A stretch of 57,934 nt of DNA, filler included, from Dirinaria sp. TL-2023a (taxonomy: Eukaryota), in NCBI GenBank assembly GCA_051941275.1. It is 2 parts of 2 records of this genome, joined end to end, with 100 filler letters (N's around TTAATTAATTAA, not from the genome) between each part and the next. Parts side by side here need not be neighbours in the genome. Positions count along the whole stretch, not along the records: positions 1 to 28,927 come from JAVEBF010000121.1; 1 more part is not named here. One strand, 5' to 3'. The notes under the pieces were generated by a model. It worked only from the letters and a program-made list of their open reading frames with translations. It was not told where the DNA came from and searched no databases. Position numbers and translations under genes: made by a program. This document shows, piece after piece, positions 12,182 through 21,595 of the stretch; position 1 is the first letter of the stretch, and the number at the start of each line of letters is the position of its first letter.

Positions 12182-13469
12182 TTGACTCCCTCAATTTTCT
12201 GTATTACCATTTATTTTATCAGCTTTTCATTCTGGATTTTCGCGCTTCTTGAGATTCTTGAGCTCTCGAATAATTGTCGAATAAAACAACGAAAGCACAT
12301 GTCAAATACCATAGACGATCAGATACCAAAAATTTGATGCACAGTTCGTATTTTATTAAATCAGAATCTCGTTGATCAGACACGCGAGATTCCGAGTCAA
12401 TGAAAAACCTGAACGCAATATCAAATTGCGATTTTTGCAAAACTTGAGTGAACGAGACTAAAAACAATTTGCTTTTGCGAGCGAGTTCGTTGAAAAAAAT
12501 ATTGACGAGATTTGATGACGTTGAAAACAGGATATTGATCTCAGAAATTGCTTCTTCAAGAGCGAACATGATAGAATTTAGAAAAAACTTGTCAATAAAC
12601 GAAATGACAAGAACTTCGTCAATAAACGAATCGAGGAGACATTCGTCAGCAGACGAAACAAGCTGAACTGAATTATGACTCATCGGGATTTTAAAAACGT
12701 AAAAGATTCGACATTGAGCGAGTTTTCAAGTGATGTCTCACGACATATGACGTTCAAAACAAGATGAGCGAGAACGACCACAATTTTTCCAAGGTTCATT
12801 TTGTCACATAATGCGTAATCTCCTATGAGAAATTGCACTCAGGGTGCTCAGTCAAAGAAAAGCATTTAATGCGCTACTTGTTCTTTCATTTGTTGCCTCA
12901 CTTGGAGCTTTCGAGAAATTCAAGCGTCTTCAGGCGAGGATCCTCGAAGAAAGGAAGAAAAACTTTCTTTACCCCAAATGAGATTTATATAGTAATGTGG
13001 CGTAGATACTAGATTGAAATTTACTCCGTAGCTGCTTCAGTAGACAGAGCTGACATTATACATAAGTACTAGTATTTTTGATGTTCTCTTATGGTTGAAA
13101 ACGGTTATTAAGTTCACTGCCTCAAGTCTGGATCCTCGTCAGGTCACAGTATAGTGCTTCTGTTTTCACGTCCAGATGTCCCAGAACAAAATTTCAAAAT
13201 TGAGCAATCAACGAAGTGTCCTTCGTGATGACTACTTTGCTTGGGCGATTGGTCGAATAGTCTTAACTTACTTTTGAGATATCTTGAACTTATGAAACGA
13301 TGTTGCGAAACCTCGATGGACGATGATTTCTCAATTGAACGTTGAAGTTTTTCAACGCACATTTTAAGATTTGAATCTGCGTTGCGTCTTATTATAATTT
13401 TTCCTATGCATTTGGCACTAGGTAGGTTCTATGGCATTTTGACACCGACCTCTGCGATTGAAATCAGCG

Positions 13470-13760
13470 TTTATGAAAGCGAGATATCAGTGTTTTCGAG
13501 AATAGAGTCGAGAATAAAATTGATGATGCGATCGAAAACATGATCGAGAACGCAAAGAACGAGACGATCAGGAACGGGAACAAAAACGCGAATGAAAACG
13601 CGAACGAAACGATCGAGAACATGAACGAAACCGCAGACGAAAAGATGAGCGAGAACGTCGACGAGGAAACGATCAAGAAAGAAAAACGCGGACGAGAAGC
13701 CTCTCGAGAACGCGATAAAAAAACACGATCGAGCATGAGATCATTTCTCGATTCGTTGTG
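13470..13760. repeat. Degenerate low-complexity repeat with roughly 12-nt periodicity (GATCGAGAAC-like); likely a fossil Pro-rich or Gly-rich coding tract
   Basis: Plus frame is E/N-rich (ENANENANETIENMNE). Minus frame is F/S-rich (FSFLIVSSSTFSLIFSSAVSFMFSIVSFAFSFAF), as expected from CCN codons after C>T change. Confidence 0.55.
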
Positions 13761-15269
13761 AGTCTCGGAGCTGATTCCTTCTTCAAATTTGAAATCAAAT
13801 TCTGATACTTCATGAGTCACTCGCTGTTTTTCCAGAAGGGGGCAGACACTCGTAGCCTAATGACTGGCTAGGCGGGCTTATAGCTGACATTGTGGTGAAG
13901 CTGGATCCACCGGACATAGATGCTGCTTCTTCAACCTTCTCCCATGCCTTTTAGTTGTCTGTTTTGGTTCCTCACACATATGGTGGTTGGTTCTGTAAAG
14001 CTTTGCACGTGGTAATTTTCCAGAGGAACAGTTGTCAACAGGCTTTATGGGATCCGATAAAACTCGCACGCCCTTCATGTATTTGAAATCTGGTATCGTT
14101 AACTTTGTGGAGCTTTGTTTTTGGCCACAGATTCTCCTTCTAGGTAGTGTGGATCAGCCGACTTCGAACGCTGCACTAAGCCCCAAGAAGAGTTTGCTGC
14201 ATTAAATCTCCAGTGTCTGTACACAGCAGCGTGATATAATGATGTCGAACTTGTAGGGATTATTTGATTTTCAAGCCAGTCGAGGACGATGGCATGAAGC
14301 ACCCGCTGTAATAGTGATCAATGTCAGGGCGTGTTTTCGCTCTGCTCTGCGCTCAAGTTCTCGAATCCGTGGTTGTTGCAATATAGGTCAGCCTGGTGAT
14401 AATGCCGCAGAGCACTGAAAATGATGCAATCTTGTGTCCAAACACAATAACAAAATGACCACCAAAGAGAGGCTGAGTAGTAGATCAAGGAATCATGCTC
14501 ACTCTCTGCCTCACGATCTCCGCTTCTAGACTGCTTCTTTTTAGTGTTGAGCGATCAGAGATCGCAATACTTTGTTGAACATGAAGGCACGACTTATCCG
14601 TGTACCTTGTAGATGCTGAACCGCTGAGTTCATTTTCTCAAGACGATCTGACACGCTGAAGTGTCTTTTCCAGATTCGTGCTTGTATCTGAGTACAATGG
14701 CCGTCAATGTGTAATCAGTAGATTTATGTCTGTATTGCTTCGTGATGTTGTCCATTGTCGAGGACCTGCTTACATTGAATCAAAGCTAGAGATCTGTGTC
14801 AGATTTCCTCTCGGTTCCACTTCTTTGCAACTTCACTGCGCTCATTTGGCTAGCTTCTTCCTAAGTGTTGATTCTTCAACAGAGTATTTGTGGACAGAGA
14901 TAAGATTTGTTGGTATCGCTTGGAATTGAGGAATCCTGTGTCAGGCGCATTACTAAACACGAGTAAGACTTTCCTCGATGATATGCTTGGAATACAACGC
15001 GGTTTGAGACGCAGGTATTCTTCGCAGCATATATTGAGCGTAGATACGCTGCAAGTAGCGATTATGGTCGTATCGTCAATTCTGACCACAACAGTTCACT
15101 TTTTGACGGTTTGTTTTGTCAGCATCAAATCACTCTCGTGATAGTCAAGTCTCAAGCAAAAATAATGTTTGTGAGGATTGGGAGATTCCAATATGACTAT
15201 AGTAGCGTCTCTTAGGCGCTATGATGTACTAAGATACAGTATAAAGTGAGGTACTCAGCTTGATCGCTG

Positions 15270-15745
15270 AAGATTCTAGACTAGCGTCTCAGCTCCAGAG
15301 CATGTCTTGCTTGAAATATCTTGAACGTGTAGAAAGTGTCAAGTAGCTGAAACTTCCGATGCTGATAAGATATATAGTCGTTAAGGCAAAAAAAAGATAG
15401 GAATGGATGAAAGAGGTTTGACAGAGAAAAGCCTGAATAACGTATTTAGTATGAGCATCTTTTAGTCTACGATAAGATTTGACCGCTAGATTGGGCTTTG
15501 AACAGTAGCAGTATGTTGTGGCCATGCGTAGATTCAGCTCACTAGTTCTGCGAGAAGGCAGCTTGTTCTGGATGACGGTTGTAAAGCTGTAAGATTAGTG
15601 GTGAGCAATGAATGAGAAAACGTGAAGTGATCCCTAAATGGTTAGCAGAAATCTTGACACGAAACTCAAGCTCAATGCCGAACAAGTATACTGGTACGTG
15701 GGCACTAGCCACTATCTGTGCTGTGATATTAGCGCTAAGAATCAC
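15270..15745 (-). pseudogene. Possible amidoligase-2 (COOH-NH2 ligase-like) pseudogene, N-terminal part
   Basis: FGIELEF (15682-15662) matches the FG(V/I)ELEF N-terminal signature; a later W-S-*-DASL resembles W-x-x-x-x-D-x-S-L. The frame is broken and downstream motifs were not clearly found. Confidence 0.3.
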
Positions 15746-17184
15746 TGCGTGAATGCCGCGTTAGGTGCTACAAGAGATAAAGGGAGAGAATCCTGATCGC
15801 CCGCTTTTACGGTCCAGTAGACGCGCTTCAAGGTCTAATATCTCCAGTGTGGCCGCTATAATAGGCGATGATAAAATTGTCAAGTTCGATCTAAGGCTTC
15901 CTAGAAGCAGAATGCGTGAAAGTTGGCAGCGTCGAATCTGTGCACCTTAGTATTGGCATTTCACTACGAAGAGAAGATAGTTGAACTTAACAATCTTTCT
16001 ACGCTCATGGAATCGTACCGGGACGGTGCCCACACTATCAATCAGATACCCTAATCACACGGTAGCTTGGTAATATGATGTCAGAACTTGATCTCACTTG
16101 CGACAGGAATCGCGTAGACTGGAATTTGACAGGGAAAATAGTGATAGCGCTAGGAAAAAGGTTGAGATTTGGAAATACAAATGTATATAGATATAAAAGA
16201 AAGCCGTGACCTTAGGGTTGGAAAGTGATTCTTTAATAACCACTCTTTGAAGATGATTTTCTCTATCAACTGTTCGCTCCTTTGATATCTCCTCCAAATC
16301 GATAACATGTCCATAGTCTTACAAAACTATTCATCAGCAGTGCGATCTGTGGCATCGTCATTCACACTTAAAGCAGAATAAGTTGATTATTCACCTGAGC
16401 TCCAAAGTAAGAACTTTATTCGTGTTTCCATGTTCAAGATTCTAACGAGCGTATCATCTTGGCAAAGAATGGATTTGAATGGGGAACTCGTACTCAGAAA
16501 AGAAATCACCGCAGTTCGTATGCCAAGTTGTATGGATGGTCTGGTTTGAGTGCACAGCGAACACCAAAGGGAATGGATTCCTGCATTGTACACCGAGCTC
16601 CTGTAGCACCTCCCTTGCAATATGAGAGTAGACCACTCGATGAAAGCGCATCATGTGGACGCCTAATTTGCTCGAGCTATAAAAGTCAAACAAAATTCCT
16701 GTGAATATTCACATTGTAAGCGTCTCTTATGACCCGCGTTCGGAGTCGTAGATAAGTAGCAATATCATCCTCGAGGGAGGACGTGATCTTCTGGAGAACT
16801 ACCCCTTAGAGCATGCAGAACTTCAATCTTCTGAATCTAAATCAACCGTGCCATGCAGGCGAACCACGTCTTTTTTCAGCAGAGATGCTCTTCCATATGC
16901 TATCTCAGCGTTAGAGAATGATTGCGTGATTTACAGCTTCCACACGCACCATCGAAGGGGCCAGGCGTTATGTAATCAAAGCCGCAGGAGGTTGAGTCTT
17001 GATAACGATCAGAATGGAGGGTTGGTGCTGTAGGTCAACCCATTATTGCATCTATCTGCAAATGATAAAGCAAGGTGAAGAAATCCATCACGCATCTGAG
17101 CTAGCTTCTAGCGCTGGCCCTTCGACACTCCGAAATAGACTCCATCCGCCGCGTGTGGTGCAATTAGTCCGTACCACCCGACCT

Positions 17185-17685
17185 CTAGATTTGTTCAATG
17201 AGATGAGGGTATATCTTAGGGTGGACCTTCTTCCAAGGTACAGGAGTGGAGAACTTTATATGGCCATGGTAGGTAGTAGTACTCGGAGATCCAGGATCGA
17301 GCCAGTTCGCTGGCTTCCAGCACGGCCCGATGATCCACCAATCCCAACCCGGCACCTCATCTCTGGCCTGGCCGCCCCTGAATTGACCGTTGGGACACGC
17401 CCATGTCTTGTTCAGGCCCTTGTCCCACTTGCTGTTTAGCATCAGGCGACAGCGCTCAGTCTTCGGCTCGTATGTCCCCGCAACGCAGTCATTGAAGCTT
17501 TCGTAGCACATTTGACAGCATATCTCCGGGGAGGTGGCGATGAAGGCTTGGGTCTCAAAGTGTGTCCTGGGACTTTGGTAGAGGGTTTGGTAGGTTCTCG
17601 CATCATGGCAAAAGTCGGCGACGGTAAGGGATGGAACAAAGGAGAGGACGAGTGTGAAGGCGGTGGCGATGGTTCCAATGAACAT
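17185..17685 (-). CDS. Small secreted cysteine-rich protein (effector-like; Apple/PAN-like CCxxC spacing)
   Basis: 166 aa; hydrophobic signal peptide MFIGTIATAFTLVLSFVPSLTVA; 8 Cys including SPEICCQMC. Confidence 0.7.
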   Translation of the reverse strand: MFIGTIATAFTLVLSFVPSLTVADFCHDARTYQTLYQSPRTHFETQAFIATSPEICCQMCYESFNDCVAGTYEPKTERCRLMLNSKWDKGLNKTWACPNGQFRGGQARDEVPGWDWWIIGPCWKPANWLDPGSPSTTTYHGHIKFSTPVPWKKVHPKIYPHLIEQI

Positions 17686-18171
17686 TTTGTTGACCGTGAT
17701 GGTGATGCTAAGTCTTATTCGTTAGTGGAAATAGAACTTCGGCATTGGATTTGTGAGTATGAGGTGCGAGATGCTTGCGTCAGAAAGCAAGAAAGATCAA
17801 ATCCTGAGGCGTACTTTTGTAGTATAAGACTAGGCGTATGATACCTTACTCAATGCTGTTGGATTATGCTTTTCTCATACTACCCCATGTGACCCATGGT
17901 TGAGAGTATGAGATATGCCGACATCGCTCAATGTTGCGCGAATTCAACCCGACGTAGCAATTCTCGCCCAGCTCTCTCGCGAAAGCGATCTTAGAGATTG
18001 CAAAAGGCTGTTGCCATGAAAGGTTTTAAAACGCGAGACTAACATCAACTGAAAGCTAGGGTCAAGTGGTGGCAATGAGGTGCAAATTGTTGAGATGGAG
18101 GTAAAATGTTGAGTACCGAGGGAAGTGACAGGTAAAATTTTCGAGCGCCACATTCTCCTCTGGTGAGATCG

Positions 18172-19695
18172 CTATCCTTCTTCGCGGTCCATATCTTCCC
18201 TTCCCCTCTTCCCCAATTTATGAGGCTTCCTACCTCGCAAAGTAGCACCTTTAGTCCCTCGCTTCTCGTGCAGGTCCTTCATCTCTCTAACGGCCACTCG
18301 GCCAGCCTCCTCTACCCTCTCACCCAGTATCATTACTTCTTCTCGATCTGTAGTGTACTCGCTGAGCTTCTTCCCCAGGGCACTCTCGATCCGCTGCCAG
18401 ATCTCAACATCATACTGGGTGACTATGCTAATTGCGTGCCCGCTCTTCCCAGCTCTTGCAGTCCGTCCGACACGGTGGATATAGGTTTTGCTATCGGGTG
18501 GTAGATCATAGTTCAACACCATATCCACAGATGGTATATCGAGTCCTCGAGCTGCAACATCAGTTGCGACCAGTATATCCCGGCTCCGAGCCCTAAACTT
18601 TCCCAGAGCTCCGAGACGAGCGGATTGAGATAGCTGTCCGTGGAGAGGTATGGCACCAAATCCAAGAGCGCGAAGGAGGATCGATAGCCGCTGCGTCTCG
18701 TTGACAGTGCGGGTAAAAATGATGCAGGTCGCGCCAGCGAAGGGAGTGCTGAGAAGGTAGGTGAGATAGTGGTCTTTGTGCTTGTGCGGTATGAAAATGT
18801 AGGATTGAAGGAGGGTAGACACGGTATGGTATTTGTTGGCGGATATGGAGACCCGGATAGGATTGCGAAGCGAGGCGCGCTGAAGCGATTCCACTTTGGA
18901 AGTCATTGTTGCTGAGAAGAGATATGTATGACGGGTTTCACGCGGAAGCACTTTCAAGATCTTGTCAATGATAGGCCCAAAGTCAAGGTCGAGCAAACGA
19001 TCGGCTTCATCCATTACTAGGTATTTGAGATGGCGCAGAGAGAAGCCTTTGGTGTTCTCAAGATGGTCAAGTAGCCGTCCAGGGGTTGCCACAACGATAT
19101 GGGGTTTCTTGCCCAAAGCGATGGCTTGAGGCACCATATCCATGCCACCCACTATGACTGCAGTCCGTACAGATATAAGGGAGCCCAGGGCGTCAAAAGC
19201 TTGGGAGATTTGGTAGGCCAACTCGCGGGTTGGAGCCATCACGAGTCCGAAAAGAGGCTGGGGCTTATCCATCAGGGCTGGGACAGGTCAGCTGCGAGGA
19301 CGATAATAGGAATGCCCGGCCATGCCTTGAAGAATTGGCAAGGCAAAAGCAGCAGTTTTGCCGCTGCCAGTCTCGGCAAGTCCAATTACATCCCGTCCCT
19401 GCAGTGCTAGAGGTATTGCTTGCTCTTGAATCTGCGTGGGGGCTTTGTAGCCTAATGCCTCGCAGGCTTCGCATAGCGAATCTATGATTCCAAGTTCGGT
19501 GAAGGATCTAGCGACCGCTTCTGAAGTAGCTTGAGAAGGTTCGAGTCCCTTTGGAGATTGGCTTCGGGAAGTGGGTTGTTGCAGAGTGTCAACAGGCTCG
19601 GATGAATCTCGAGTCTTATGGTTCTGAATCGCTGGTTGAGATTCGGCGTTAGCATTTCTGGTTGTATTTAGCTTTCGCCTTTTCGTAGCAGACAT
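18172..19695 (-). CDS. RRP3: DEAD-box RNA helicase Rrp3/DDX47 (18S rRNA processing); exons 19695-19326 and 19277-18172
   Basis: Motifs [46 protein letters not shown] 48-nt intron 19278-19325 restores LPILQ-ALMDKPQ. Confidence 0.95.
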
Positions 19696-19805
19696 CTTGG
19701 AGGTTTCAAAAATCGTGTAAACTCCTCTGAAGGAGGAAGCGATTCAGATCCTTACTTTACTGTGCGAGCACAAAATAAATTCGAAGCTCGATTCTTGGCG
19801 CTCGC

Positions 19806-19816
19806 CTTATCGATAA
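19806..19816. promoter_or_regulatory. Palindromic CTTATCGATAA element in the RRP3/SSF1 bidirectional promoter
   Basis: Perfect palindrome TTATCGATAA at 19807-19816, near the middle of the 242-bp divergent intergenic region. Function inferred. Confidence 0.4.
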
Positions 19817-19937
19817 CAGCCTTTGCCGGAGATACTCCGATTGGGTCGAGCAATTTCGTTCTGAAATATTCGAGGCTATCACTTGGACTGGACGACTATT
19901 GTGCTGATATTTCCCTACTTCCCCCAAGGTCTTGAAC

Positions 19938-21337
19938 ATGGCCCGCCAAAGGAAGAAGAAACGCACCCATTTGGGCGCCAGTAATGGCCCTAACAATGGC
20001 GTCAAGTCAAATTCGTCGGGAAGTCGAGATCCCAAAAGTATGGTCGTCCGAATCGGCGCTGGTGAAGTGGGAGCCAGTGTGAGCCAGCTGGTCAAAGACG
20101 TTCGGACGATGCTCGAGCCAGACACCGCCAGCAGGCTCAAGGTAAATTGTTCGCTCAATCTTGCAAATTGAAAGCGAAACTCATGCCAGGCAAGGAACGA
20201 AAAGCGAACAAATTGCGAGACTATACCACCATGGCCGGTCCCCTCGGCGTCTCCCATTTGCTTCTCTTTTCTCGTTCGAATACAGGGAACACGAACCTAC
20301 GGCTCGCCCTTACACCTCGAGGCCCTACATTACATTTTCGGGTAGAGACGTACTCCCTCAGTAAAGACGTCCAGAAAGCCGTAAAGCATACCAGAAGCAG
20401 TCGACAAGAGTACCTGAGTCCCCCACTACTCGTCATGAACAATTTCATTTCTCCTCCTTCCACAGATACCTCCGAGCCGGCTGTGCCGAAACATCTCGAA
20501 ACTCTGACCACCACTATCTTTCAGTCTCTCTTCCCTCCAATTTCACCCCAGTCGACCCCGCTGTCGTCTATCCGCAGAGTCCTACTCTTGAATCGCGAGT
20601 TAACCAAATCTCCCTCGAACGGCTCATCTGTGGACAACGGTTCCTATACCATCAACCTCCGCCATTATGCGATTTCTACGAAACGGACAGGCCTTTCGAG
20701 AGCGGTCAGGAGGTTGAAAGCCGCTGAGAATTCGAGCAAAGACAGCAAGAAGAGACGAGGCTTCATCAACCTGAGCAAAGTGGAGGACGCAGCTGATTAT
20801 GTCCTTGACCCTTCGGCTGCTGGCGGTGGGTTTACATCTGGGAGTGAGACTGAGCTAGAAACAGATGCGGAGGTAGAGGTTATGGAGGCCAATGCACGGA
20901 AAGTACTAAGCCGAAAGCAAATGAACACATTACGAAGTAGCAACGAGAAGGCTGGTAGACCAGACCACCCCGAGGTGGAAAAGAAAGCAGTCAAGCTTGT
21001 CGAGATTGGGCCAAGAATGAGGTTACGGATGACTAAAGTTGAAGAGGGCGTCTGCGGAGGTAAAGTCATGTGGCACGAGTTTATAAGCAAGACCAAAGAG
21101 GAGGCTCAGCGGATGGAGAAAGTGTGGGATGCGCGCAGAAGAGAAACGGAACAGAGAAGGAGAGCTCAGAGGGAGAATGTGGAACGGAAGCGGAAAGAAC
21201 AGGGCAAGCCTCAGGTGAACAAAGCTGGAGAAGATCCCGGAAAGCTTTCTGATGTCAATGAATGGGACGAGGACGATTTCGACCAGGATGATGTTATGGA
21301 GGTCGACCGTCAGGAAGGAGGTGTCTCTGTCGGCTGA
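19938..21337 (+). CDS. SSF1: Brix-domain ribosome biogenesis protein Ssf1/PPAN; intron 20142-20194
   Basis: PKSMVVRIG...LVKDVRTMLEPDTASRLK/ERKANKLRDY, GPTLHF, INLRHYAI, KAVKLVEIGPRMRLRMTKVEEG; ATG at 19938. Confidence 0.93.
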
Positions 21338-21595
21338 GGAGCCGCTCTTGACTTGCTTCAACTGGCCCTGGACAAACCCGCTCGTAGGTCGTACTTGCCA
21401 TGCCAGTCCGCTGCCACGTGGATAGAGCACAGCAACGATGCATCAATTCAGTTTCACCGTTGGTTGTCTCGCCTTCATGGAAGCACTGGGGCCATTGTTT
21501 TGACTGAGTCTTCACGCATTAAGCATCGCTTATTGGCTCTTATTTTGGTCTTTCACTCCCCCTCTTTTGAAATTTACCGATTTTAAAGCTTCAGC

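Larger units (their letters stand above)
1..16700. other. Gene-poor accessory/degenerate block of repeat and pseudogene relics with patchy RIP-like mutation
   Basis: Only one ORF is over 160 aa; protein-like frames are broken by stops; several tracts lack CC/GG (e.g. 11820-12780, 13470-13820). Intact spliced genes begin after about 17 kb. The right boundary is approximate. Confidence 0.75.

Noticed and set aside
12219..12683. 154-aa ORF and neighbouring ORFs as real genes
   Set aside because: No Pro or Gly; likely open only because CC/GG-directed mutation rarely creates stops.
1..16700. Starship captain (DUF3435 tyrosine recombinase), LTR retrotransposon pol or Helitron Rep/Hel
   Set aside because: No recognisable motifs, LTRs or terminal repeats found by eye.
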